NCBI GenBank assembly: GCA_031417875.1
Contig: JANOWM010000056.1
Location: forward strand, 1-28,146
Direction of reading: 5' to 3'
DNA: 28,146 nucleotides
Source: Candidatus Altimarinota bacterium
GTDB lineage: Bacteria > Patescibacteriota > Gracilibacteria > BD1-5 > UBA2023
Part shown: piece by piece, positions 9,841 to 19,005 of the stretch
Layout of the letters: each line of letters begins with the position of its first letter
Position numbering within the stretch: the first letter of the stretch is position 1
Notes under the pieces: model-generated
Told to the model about the DNA's origin: nothing
Database searches by the model: none
The model's input: the letters and a program-made list of their open reading frames with translations, nothing else
Program-made: the position numbers and the translations under genes

Positions 9841-10233
9841 TTAGATGAGTATTTTTTTCTCTCCTACAAGCAAATGTCAGAAAAAGTTATTTTCACTTCA
9901 GGGATAGTGCTGAAAATAAGTATCCTGCGTCAGCAGATATGATGAATCATCATACTCACTATACACTGAAATTGACCTCAGAGAAAGATGTGGTAGCTCG
10001 ATATTATCACGAACCTGCTGAGCGATAGTTGTGTCTATTTGAGTCTTGGTACAATGAGGTGGTTCTCTATTGTCCGCTGTCTCTATGATATGTGATTCTG
10101 TGATACCATCATGAGAATGAGATATGATTTCTGTATGAGGCGTACTTCAGGCATGCACAATAGCCATATTTCCAAAAAGAAATACGGCAAAGATTATGAT
10201 GACACTGATGAATTTCTGGTAGAGAAAAAACAT
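9841..10233 (-). CDS. Small His-rich exported protein (130 aa), missed by the ORF track
   Basis: MFFLYQKFISVIIIFAVFLFGNMAIVHAGSTPHTEIISHSHDGITESH...LLVGEKKILI; needs TGA = Gly. Confidence 0.7.
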
Positions 10234-10272
10234 ATAACACTGAGTATACGGGATAGAGAGGAAAAAGGCAAA

Positions 10273-10545
10273 TTATTTGCGAGTGGCAACATCCCAAGTA
10301 CGAACCAGTTCTTCGATAAAGTCTTTCTTTTCTTTTCCTTGTCCTGCAAGGGCTTTTGTACCACAACAAGCAAGATGATTTTTGAGAAGTTCACGATTTG
10401 CACTCTGCAATAGTCCCATAGACGCATTGATCTGATGGGCAACATCGGCACAGTACACATCATCATCGATCATTTTTTGAACCTTGGCAAGTGTTCCCAT
10501 TGCCTTCTTTATATTGAGTTGTATTTTTTCTTTTGAAATGATCAT
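10273..10545 (-). CDS. csoR: CsoR/RcnR-family metal-sensing repressor
   Basis: 90 aa, GTLAKVQKMIDDDVYCADVAHQINA...LLKNHLACC: Cys in YC, His-x3-Cys pattern of CsoR ligands. Confidence 0.9.
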   Translation of the reverse strand: MIISKEKIQLNIKKAMGTLAKVQKMIDDDVYCADVAHQINASMGLLQSANRELLKNHLACCGTKALAGQGKEKKDFIEELVRTWDVATRK

Positions 10546-10612
10546 AATGAAAGATTATATTGAAAAACCCTATGATTTCGATATACTCCGATTACTTTTT
10601 AGCGAAAGTACC

Positions 10613-10629
10613 TCCCGCATCCGCGGGAT
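10613..10629. terminator. GC-rich hairpin between the metallothionein-like ORF and csoR (attenuator or stabiliser; also a dispersed repeat)
   Basis: tcccgc-atcc-gcggga. Confidence 0.45.
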
Positions 10630-10641
10630 TTTATGTGCAAT

Positions 10642-10719
10642 TTAGTTGCAACATGTTCCATCACCGCAAGAACAAGTCTTGCAAGTACATGGATTACATG
10701 TGCATTTTTTCGTATTCAT
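10642..10719 (-). CDS. Metallothionein-like micro-protein (25 aa, 8 Cys)
   Basis: ATG10719..TAA10642 = MNTKKCTCNPCTCKTCSCGDGTCCN; three CxC plus one CC; first ORF after the CsoR-type operator. Confidence 0.8.
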   Translation of the reverse strand: MNTKKCTCNPCTCKTCSCGDGTCCN

Positions 10720-10738
10720 AAAAGTATTGTTATGAGTT

Positions 10739-10762
10739 ATACCTAACCATAGGGTATGGTTA
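10739..10762. promoter_or_regulatory. Candidate CsoR operator next to the operon promoter
   Basis: ATACC-N9-GGTAT (10739-10757) overlapping perfect TAACCATA-ggg-TATGGTTA (10744-10762); resembles the ATACC...GGTAT CsoR boxes of Firmicutes. Confidence 0.6.
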
Positions 10763-11423
10763 TAGTATATATAATTTTATGGAAAGCAACTCTTTTATAA
10801 AAAACTTGAAAAATGATGGTTATTCGTATACTGAAAAAAGTATTAATCGTAATTGATTGATGCGTTTATCTCCCACCAATATACATACCAATTGATAGGT
10901 TTTTGAGAAGTATCAGCTGTTTATAGCGAGTATAGCCCTTCACCAGAAGAAGAATACAACCAAAGTAAACGACAGAGCCAGCTCATATACCAATCCTGTC
11001 CTTATCGGATTTTGACACAAAACTTCTTTCTCTGCCATTTCCCTTGCTATGAGAATACGAGTATATAACTCGAAGAAGGTCTAAACAAAGTTACTAACGA
11101 AGGCTGTGGAAAAAGGTGAATCTTTTTTTCTATGCCTTCTTTTTCGTGAAAACGAAAGGAAAAAGATGAAAATTGTGTAACTATACCACCCCAGTGAAGA
11201 AGGAAAAAGTCTATCAAAATGACTCTCTCTTTTACTGAGTCGGATAACTCCCGTAATGAAGAAATCGACAAGATCATCTTGAAGACTATTTTCAAACTAT
11301 AGATACAAAATATATTCATATAACCTTTCAAAATAATCAATTAACTTGCAGTTATTCTCGATTCCCATATAGTGTTATAGCCTAATTATTTCGGTTATGA
11401 TACAATGAGGAAGTTCTCAAAAT

Positions 11424-13085
11424 ATGCGTGTAGCATTCTATATACGTGTTTCTACTGAAGAACAGAAGAAAGACGGATATGGACCAGAAATGCAAATGCA
11501 CGGACTCCAAGAAATGATAACCTATAGGGGAAAAGTATCTGGATGGACCCATAAAAAAGAATGGGAGTATCTGGATCTCGGATGTACAGGAGCAGATCTC
11601 AATCGTCCAGAATACAAAAAAATGATGCAGGATGCAAAAGCCTGAAAATTCGATATGATAGCTGTCTGGAAGATTGATCGTCTCTCTCGTAACCTTTCCC
11701 ACCTTCTCTCTACTTTTGAGATTCTCCAGAATCATAAAGTAGGGTTTTTCTCATTGAAGGAAAATATAGATTTCACCTGACCCATAGGAAAGCTCACCTT
11801 CCAGATATTTTGAACTCTTGCAGAATTCGAACGAGAGATGATAAAAACCAGAACATCTGAAGAGAAGAAACAATCAGCACGACTATGAAATTATGTACTC
11901 AATAAAACTCCATATGGGTATAAAAAAGAGGATGCTGAGAAAAAGCGAAATCGCTCACTCGAAATCATAGATACCGAAGTGCAGTGGGTAAAAAGAATAT
12001 TTGAGGACTTTATCTCTGGAAAGAGTCTTGAGCAGATAGCAAAAATTCTCAATGGAGAAAATGTCCAGAAAAACGATGGAAATCTCAAAAAAGATAAAAA
12101 TACAAAGTGGTATGGATCGACTATACGAGCTATTCTGGAGAATCCAGTATATACAGGACGGGCGGTCGATAACTCGAAAGATGAATCAGGAGAAATAGAA
12201 CAAATAGGGATACCAACGCCTCGACTCATCTCAGATATTACCTATGAACTCGCTCAAAATCGACTCAAATCACTTGATACCGATGCAAAGAGGGGCGGAG
12301 GTGGAAATGAATACCTTTTATCACGAAAAATTGTGGATATGGAAACGGGGAGAAAATTCGTAGGACTTCTTCGTCAAAAAGATAAAAAAGTCAGCTATAG
12401 ACGCAAAAACTTCACTCTTGAAGGGAAAACATATAAAAATATGGAGATACCCTGAGAACCTGTGGAAAAACTTGTTTGGGAGACTATAGCAAAGATGATC
12501 AACCGTCCGAAGGAGCTCTTCGCAATATTTCAGAAACAATCAATCGAGAGTCATGAGTATGATGCTCTTCTCAAAGAAAGAGAAATAAATCAAAGAGAAA
12601 TAGACAAGCTCGAAAGAAAAGAAAGCGAGATAGAGATGGACTACTATGATGGAAAACTCTCCGAAGATAAAAAGGACCGTTTTGTGAAAATCACTATGGA
12701 TCAAAAGAGTTCCTTCGAGAAGAGAAATGAAGAATTGGATAAAAAGATGGATACTCTTATTAAAATGGAAGAAACCAAGATAGCTTTTGAGAAATTCCAA
12801 AGTGATTATGAGATAAATCTGGAAAATCTGACTTTTGAGCAAAAGAAACTCCTCGTTGATCTCCTCGTGGAAAGTATAGAGGTTACAACCGTTGCGTCGC
12901 AAGTGAATCTGAATATCAAGCTACGGTTCAATCAATCAAAGATGACTGAAAGCACACCAGTGGTCGAACCTAAAAAAAGCTCCACAGAGCCACAAAGTGG
13001 GACTGAAGAGCTTAATATTGATAACTATGGTGCAACCGACAGGACTTGAACCTGTGACCTCCTCCTTCGCAGGGAGGCGTTCTAA
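11424..13085 (+). CDS. Large serine recombinase (integrase), 553 aa
   Basis: YIRVST catalytic motif, DLNRPEY, AGKFDMIAVWKIDRLSR, LAEFEREMI, recombinase domain (ILENPVYTG), coiled coil. Code-25 stop TAA 13085 lies inside the antisense tRNA-Arg. Confidence 0.93.
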
Positions 13086-13105
13086 TCCAACTGAACTACG
13101 GCTGC
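13028..13105 (-). tRNA. tRNA-Arg(GCG)
   Basis: GCAGCCG/CGGUUGC acceptor, anticodon arm CCUCC-CUGCGAA-GGAGG, T-arm ACAGG-UUCAAGU-CCUGU, encoded ACCA. Confidence 0.95.
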
Positions 13106-13120
13106 ATGGATTATACTGGA

Positions 13121-13190
13121 CCGAAACTTGAACCTGTGACCTCCTCCTTTCCCGCTTAGCGGGATTCTCATCCAACGAAAGCTACGGCTC
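13121..13190 (-). pseudogene. Degenerate tandem copy of tRNA-Arg
   Basis: Shares acttgaacctgtgacctcctcctt, ttct-atccaac, ctacggct and the flank atggatta..ctgga. One T-stem strand is deleted and the anticodon region is replaced by tcccgc-tta-gcggga. Confidence 0.8.
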
Positions 13191-13219
13191 TCATGGATTA
13201 CTGGAACTCTGGAAAATAC

Positions 13220-13297
13220 TGGAGGCACTAATCGGATTCGAACCGATGACTAGAGAGCTTTGCAGGCCCTTGCAATTGACCACTCTGCCATAGTGCC
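13220..13297 (-). tRNA. tRNA-Cys(GCA)
   Basis: GGCACUA/UAGUGCC acceptor, AGGGC-CUGCAAA-GCUCU anticodon arm, U73, encoded CCA; promoter TTGCTT-15-TATAAT at 13315-13341. Confidence 0.95.
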
Positions 13298-13349
13298 GAC
13301 AAGAGAGCTCGGGCATTATACAAAAACGTGAAAAAAAGCAAGAAAAAAT

Positions 13350-13895
13350 TTATTTACACCGAAATGTTTTAAAGAGTTCGATATAATTGTTCGCGAGCTT
13401 TCTACTTCCGATAGATGCATGTAGGAGGTATACTCGTGTTCCACAAACTTTCGCTGTTTGAATAAATTTCATGAGTGGAGTGGTCTTGTTGTAGCGAGCT
13501 TCGAATACATAGAGAAGAGAAATATCGGTATCTGAAAAAGTAATTTCTTGCTCTTCGAGCTTCGTATACTCAAGATAATTTTTGGTTGTTTGGATATGGT
13601 TGAGTTCACTATATTTTTTAGAAGTGATTGGCATTTTTAGCTCATCTTCCATGATGACATAATTATTTGAAAATCCATACTGAATTTCTTTTGAAATCAT
13701 TGCCATTGCGAGCGTTCCATGAGGAGGAATCGGGAGAGATCGTGCATCAGCTTTTTTCCAATTTTTTGGAACGGAAGTCGAAAATTCTGGGGTATCAAAA
13801 AGTACCGTATTAAGGACAGTTGGTTCGCTTTGAGTTCCTGGAAGTGAGCAAGATGCCAAGAAAAAAAGTGAAGAAATGAAAAGAAAGAATCGCAT
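13350..13895 (-). CDS. Lipoprotein, PsbP/DcrB-like fold suspected (181 aa)
   Basis: MRFFLFISSLFFLASC lipobox, FSTSVPKNWKK motif. Start moved from track position 14000 to 13895 to avoid overlap with the upstream gene. Confidence 0.72.
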   Translation of the reverse strand: MRFFLFISSLFFLASCSLPGTQSEPTVLNTVLFDTPEFSTSVPKNWKKADARSLPIPPHGTLAMAMISKEIQYGFSNNYVIMEDELKMPITSKKYSELNHIQTTKNYLEYTKLEEQEITFSDTDISLLYVFEARYNKTTPLMKFIQTAKVCGTRVYLLHASIGSRKLANNYIELFKTFRCK

Positions 13896-13899
13896 AAAA

Positions 13900-14262
13900 T
13901 TAAGAAAAAATGGGGGATAAGTGGACAAAAAGTGCCATTCATCCGAAAAGAAAAAGTACTGAAAGAACCGCATAGGGAATCCAGTTATGAAGAGGAGCAT
14001 AGAGGACTACCATATATTCAGCAATCGAAAATCCAAACCAAACGGTCGCTACAATCAAAAGAGAATAGAGATGAAATGTCAGCATACTCATCGTTTCAAT
14101 ACTCATCCATGGCAAGTAGTATCCCCCAATCGTAAAAAGAAATGAGAGAAAGTAGAGTGTCACAACAGTGATAAACATTCTTCTTGCCACCAGAAAACGA
14201 ATATCGTTATATTCGGCGGGGTTTTTGTGTATACGCTCGTGAATGTCCTTGATTTTCGGCAT
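13900..14262 (-). CDS. Small membrane protein (120 aa, about 3 TM)
   Basis: MPKIKDIHERIHKNP...; reads through TGA to TAA 13900. Confidence 0.72.
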
Positions 14263-14298
14263 ATATGTATATAATACTCTCACTTAGTATAATAAAAA

Positions 14299-14577
14299 AT
14301 GTCCCTCACGCAACACCAAATCTCACATCTTGCTAAACTTACCGCACTCAAATGAGAAAAGCTCAATATTTCTCCGATCATTGACTCGTTTGAAACTCTC
14401 GGAAAAGTCGATACCTCATATATCAAAAATGTCGGACGGAGTGGACAATGAACACTCGACAAAAGAGAGGATGTATCTGTTTTTTTATCTGACATAAGTG
14501 ATCTCCTTCTCGCACAAAGTGGTCAAAAGAAGGCAGCGCATCAAATCGTCCTCTCTGGTATTATGCATTCCGACTAA
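14299..14577 (+). CDS. gatC: Asp/Glu-tRNA amidotransferase subunit C
   Basis: MSLTQHQISHLAKLTALKG...FETLGKVDT...REDVS...LLAQS; 92 aa with GatC layout; missed by the track. Confidence 0.75.
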
Positions 14578-14593
14578 GACTTCTCAAATTTAT

Positions 14594-15658
14594 ATGCTCT
14601 CTTCTTTTTCTCTCAAAAACTTTCGTGGATGTACTCCAGGAGAATTTTATTTTGGAGAAAAAACATATATAGAATGAGTGAATGGCTCTGGAAAAACACA
14701 TATTCTCGAGGGGATACATCTTCTTTGTCAATGATGACTCTCTTATAATAATCTGCCTCTCTCGCATGAAACTTTTTTCGAAGCCCGATGGAAAGATGAG
14801 TCAGGAATACGAACATTTACGAGGTATCGAGATGAAAACTCAGATATTTATACACTCCAAGGGAAAAAAATCACTCGAATAAATTTTATTAAAAATCTTC
14901 CATTTCGAACCGTTTTTCTCTCACCTTTTGATATGAATCTTCTCTACTTTGCTCCGAGCATGAGACGAGACTATATGGACCATATTCTCGAACAAAGGTT
15001 CCATCAGTTTCGTGATGTCAGACGAGAATATGAGAAAATTGTCAGATCCAGAAATGCCCTCCTCAAAAGTGTAAGAGAATGATATACTCCGGCTTCAGAC
15101 CTCGATTTTTGGGATCTATCTTTTGCAAAATCTGCTCATACGTATCTCCTGTATCGAGAACGATATATGGACTTTGTGCGTGACACTCTCCCACTATTTT
15201 CTCACCTTCTTCCGAAATATTGTTTCCGATTTGTTCCCCTGATTTGTGAATATGAATGAGAAAACCGTATCGCATTTTTCGAAAATTACCTCAGAGAGAA
15301 ACGAGAACGTGATATCCTTTCTGGACATACACATATAGGTCCACACAGAGATGATTTTGAAATTCATATCACCAGTACAGAGAGTGAAGATATGGATGTA
15401 AAAAATTTTCTTTCGCGCGGAGAAATGAAGCTCCTTTTGTTGACACTTAAGTGTATAGAAGTGGCTTTTCTTGATTCCCAAGATAATAAGAGTGTCATTC
15501 TCCTTATCGACGATATATTTGCCGAGCTTGATGAAAAAAATATTTGCCGATTTATGAAATGACTTACAACATACCAAAGTATTTTGACAAGTCAAAAACC
15601 CCTTCCAAATGGGGAAAATTGGAGTGAATTTACTTGCATTAATCTCAAAGATTCATAA
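14594..15658 (+). CDS. recF: DNA replication/repair protein RecF (354 aa)
   Basis: LKNFRG, Walker A GVNGSGKTHILE (first G = TGA), PSMRRDYMD, RNALLK, GPHRDDF, SRGEMK, LLIDDIFAELD. Confidence 0.92.
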
Positions 15659-15728
15659 TATGGGCGCAATATGCCACAATAGTACGGCTTTTGATTTCTA
15701 CGATTTTAGCCCTTTAATGCTCTCCTCT

Positions 15729-17360
15729 ATGAGAAAACTTCTCGCACTCGCTTCCATGATCATCATGTGAACTTCTCCATTTATAGGGATTCAGGCCATC
15801 CATGCTGAATGATCGGTCGTTCAGTTTGAAATCATCGCCCCTGCAACGAGCCGGGTAAACGAAGCCATAGATGTCACCGTACGTGCCGTAGATAAAGATA
15901 AAAAAGTGGTTATTGGATATCGTGGTGCCATCATCTTCGTTCCAGAAAATTTTGGAGATACGGTTCCAATGCCTGGAAAATCCATTGCCTTTGGAGCTGA
16001 AGACAATGGAGAAAAGAAATTTTCAAAATGAGTGATTTTCAAAACTCAATGAAAGCAAAAAATTAGTATCGTTGATGTGGTCGATGATATTTCTGGAGAA
16101 GCTACCGTCAGCGTGGAAGCATGAGCACAAAGCAGTGGAAGTACGCTCGAAGAAGTGATGATCGTGAGTCCTGCCAAAAATTCAAAAATCACAAGTGATG
16201 TAGTCATCGTGAGCGGAAAGACTCGAAAAAATAGCAAAGTATCTCTTTCCGTTAATGGAAAAGATATGGGGGCTGTTCTTTCTGATGAAAGTGGAGTTTT
16301 CACAAAAAGTATCTCTGGAATTACTCAGGATTCAAATATCCTTTCTGCCAGCCTCATTGACTGAGCTGGTATCGTCATCGGAAAATCACTCGATACTCCT
16401 TTTTCAAAAATAGCAGCTGGACCAGCATTTTACAATCTTACTGTCTCACCAGGAACAAAGATAGATGTTGGATCAAAAATCACATTCCTTGCAGAAGCTG
16501 AGGCCTGACTTTCTGAAGTTCAGATACTCCTGGATGGTTCACTTCTCCCGATGAAAGAAGGTACTTCTGGAAAATACACACTCGAAACCGTAGCTCCTAA
16601 AAAAGCTGCTGACTATGATGTTTCCGTTCGTATAAAGAGTCCACTTGGACAGAGCCTCGCAAAAGATAATGTTCTAAAACTGACGACAATTGAGCCTACA
16701 TCATCATTTGAAGAAGTAAAACTCACAACTCTCGGGAAACGAGTTACCTTTAACTTTGGTGTGAAAAATCCTCCTGCCGATCTCGAAAAATTTAAAATCG
16801 CCTACGGTGAAAATCCTGAAAGCTTTTCAAACGAAGTCATGACCTGGAATACTGGAAAAATCCTGAAAGCAGATGGACGATATGAGTGGTATATAGATAA
16901 CCTCACTCCAAAAAACTATAGTTTCAAAATCATGGGAGTACGAAAAGATGGAACCATTTTTGATGCCATGGTTTCAGAAACACTCTCGACCACTATCGGA
17001 TCTAGCGCCAGTTGTACTATTTGAAATGTCGGAAATATAAAAATAGAAACCCTTTCAGATAAAAGCATTCTCACGTGGGATTCGCTTTCTGGAGCTCTTT
17101 CCTACAATGTCTATAAAATCGCTCCAAATGGGGACTCTACCCTCTTTCAAAACACCAAGGAAGCACAAACAACGATATTTCTCGCGAGTGGTGCTGTCGT
17201 ACTCGAAGACTTTGGTGTCAAAGCCCTTTGTGATACTATCACTGAATCTGCAGACTTCTCCAAAGCATCAAAAGTACGTACATGACCTGGTATGACTGCG
17301 ATCCTTGTGATCATTTCTGCCATCATCGGGGCAGTCATTATGAGACGTCGAAGCATATAA
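15729..17360 (+). CDS. Secreted Ig-like/FN3 surface protein with C-terminal TGP-TM-basic anchor (543 aa)
   Basis: Signal peptide, several beta-rich Ig/FN3-like segments, ends SKVRTGPGMTAILVIISAIIGAVIMRRRSI; one code-25 frame. Confidence 0.8.
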
Positions 17361-17374
17361 AATGATATTTTCAT

Positions 17375-17402
17375 TTGACAACTTCCATCTTTTTTATACA
17401 AT
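17375..17402 (+). promoter_or_regulatory. Promoter of the rpsT-infC-rpmI-rplT operon
   Basis: TTGACA-16 nt-TACAAT. Confidence 0.65.
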
Positions 17403-17454
17403 GCCCCTACTTTTTGGGTCATAAACCCATTTATTTTTGAAATTTTCTTATTTC

Positions 17455-17727
17455 ATGCCTACTACTCAGTCTGCGAAAAAAGCTCTCAAAGTGAGCGAAA
17501 AAAAACGTTCTCGTAATCGTCGGTTTCTTGCCCTTTTTAAGGCCAGCGTAAAATCCTTCGAATCTCTTGTCTCTTCGGAGAAAAAAGATAAAAAAGCTAT
17601 TTCTGTTGCTCTCTCAAAGGTGTATTCTGCTGTTGATACTCTCGAAAAAAAGAATATCATCCACAAGAATAATGCTGCTCGTAAGAAAAGTGCTTTTGCC
17701 AAGATCGAGAAATCTATAACCGCTTAA
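17455..17727 (+). CDS. rpsT: 30S ribosomal protein S20
   Basis: MPTTQSAKKALKVSEKKRSRNR...KKNIIHKNNAARKKS. Confidence 0.97.
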   Translation: MPTTQSAKKALKVSEKKRSRNRRFLALFKASVKSFESLVSSEKKDKKAISVALSKVYSAVDTLEKKNIIHKNNAARKKSAFAKIEKSITA

Positions 17728-17732
17728 TAGTC

Positions 17733-18272
17733 ATGCAAAAAAGAGGATTCCCTCAAAAAAGAAATGAAAAACGTATCAATGATGCCATCACTGCACGTGA
17801 AGTCATCGTGATAATGGAAAGTGGAGAGTCTCTCGGAAAAATGAGTAGAGACCAAGCCCTTCAAAAAGCCGAAGAACTCGAGCTTGACCTCGTAGAAGTT
17901 TGACTCCAAGAAGGAACTGTTCTCACGAAAATTGTAGACTATGGAAAGTATGTCTTCAAGCAACAAAAACAACTTTCCAGTAATAAAAGCCATCAAAAAA
18001 AGACAGAACTCAAGACCATGAAGCTCACGTACAAAATCGGTGATCATGATCTCGATGTACGAAGAGTCCAGGCAGAAAAATGGGCCAAAGAAGGAAATCC
18101 GATGAAAATCATTCTCCAACTCCGTGGACGAGAAAATCAGTACGAAGATCTCGCTATGTGAAAAATACACGAATTCATCGCATCTCTAGAAAACTCCTAT
18201 AAAAAAGATGTTAACTCGAAGATCTCAAAACAAGGTAACAATTTCAATATCATTCTCTATCCAAAAAAATAA
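17733..18272 (+). CDS. infC: Translation initiation factor IF-3
   Basis: RINDAITAREV...ALQKAEELELDLVEVG...KIVDYGKYVFKQ...KIGDHDL...LQLRGRE; code-25 read-through. Confidence 0.95.
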
Positions 18273-18293
18273 ATCTCTACTAACCTTTACTCT

Positions 18294-18491
18294 ATGAAAC
18301 TCAAGACACACTCCAGCGCGAAAAAGCGAGTGAAAATCACTGGAACTGGAAAATACATCGTCGACAAAACAGCAAAGCGTCACCTCCTCAAAGATAAAAG
18401 CTCAAAAGCAAAGGGTCGAGACAAATACGGACGTGTGATTGCAGCTGCCAACCAACTCGAAGCACGCATCTCTCTCCCATACGGAAGATAA
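18294..18491 (+). CDS. rpmI: 50S ribosomal protein L35
   Basis: MKLKTHSSAKKRVKITGTGK...KRHLL. Confidence 0.96.
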   Translation: MKLKTHSSAKKRVKITGTGKYIVDKTAKRHLLKDKSSKAKGRDKYGRVIAAANQLEARISLPYGR

Positions 18492-18524
18492 TTATTCTTT
18501 TTTACCTCTTACCTCCCCTCAAAT

Positions 18525-18869
18525 ATGACTCGTGTAAAACGTGGTGTGATGACACACAAAAGACATAAAAGCCTCATTGCCCTCGCAAAAGGATACCGCC
18601 GAATGAACGGAAACGTCTATTCTCGCGTTCGTACTGCTGTCATGAAGGCATGACAAAATGCGTATATCGGTCGCAAGGAAAAGAAAAGAAATTTTCGTCG
18701 CCTTTGGAACGTCCGTGTAAATAACGCTGCACGTCTTCACGGAATGACCTACTCGACATTTATCCACGCTATGTACAAGAAAAATGTATCACTCAATAGA
18801 AAGGTTCTTTCAAATCTTGCCATCTCTCACCCTGCAGTGTTTGGGAAAGTGGTTGAGTTCGTAAAATAA
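18525..18869 (+). CDS. rplT: 50S ribosomal protein L20
   Basis: MTRVKRGV...AKGYR...MKAGQNAYIGRKEKKRNFRRLWNVRVN (G = TGA). Confidence 0.97.
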
Positions 18870-18880
18870 AATGTTCTTTT

Positions 18881-18915
18881 AAAGAATCCCTCCGATTAAT
18901 CGGAGGGATTCTTTT
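18881..18915 (+). terminator. Intrinsic terminator after rplT
   Basis: Perfect palindrome aaagaatccctccgatt/aatcggagggattcttt followed by T. Confidence 0.9.
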
Positions 18916-18923
18916 GTTCCTGT

Positions 18924-18992
18924 ATCATCCCGCTGAGCGGGGATCCTGCTCCGTCATCCATACGCTTCGTCATCCTGAGAAACGAAGGATCC
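18924..18992. repeat. Cluster of CGTC-type REP-like palindromes
   Basis: atcatcccgctgagcggggatcc, cgtcatcc, cgtcatcctgagaaacgaaggatcc. Confidence 0.65.
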
Positions 18993-19005
18993 ATGCTCTG
19001 TGGTT

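Larger units (their letters stand above)
1570..13085. mobile_element. Integrative genomic island (serine recombinase, Bro-N, metal-resistance cargo) between tRNA-Gly(UCA) and tRNA-Arg
   Basis: Recombinase gene overlaps the tRNA-Arg 3' end at the right; phage-like genes at the left. Left boundary is approximate and no duplicated att sequence was found. Confidence 0.6.

Noticed and set aside
10560-10590. Second CsoR box upstream of csoR (catagggt on the minus strand)
   Set aside because: Only half-site similarity and not palindromic; left as unsupported.
10800-11340. Coding gene in this interval (track ORF 11047-11340, or a sigma-factor-like fragment around SPEEEY)
   Set aside because: No frame gives a convincing protein in code 25; possibly a decayed remnant, but not supportable.
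13896-14000. N-terminal extension of the 13350-14000 track ORF
   Set aside because: Overlaps the real upstream gene; a signal peptide and lipobox start at 13895.
14299-14577. gatC without adjacent gatA/gatB as a novel system
   Set aside because: Operon scattering is common in CPR; gatA/gatB probably lie outside the window.
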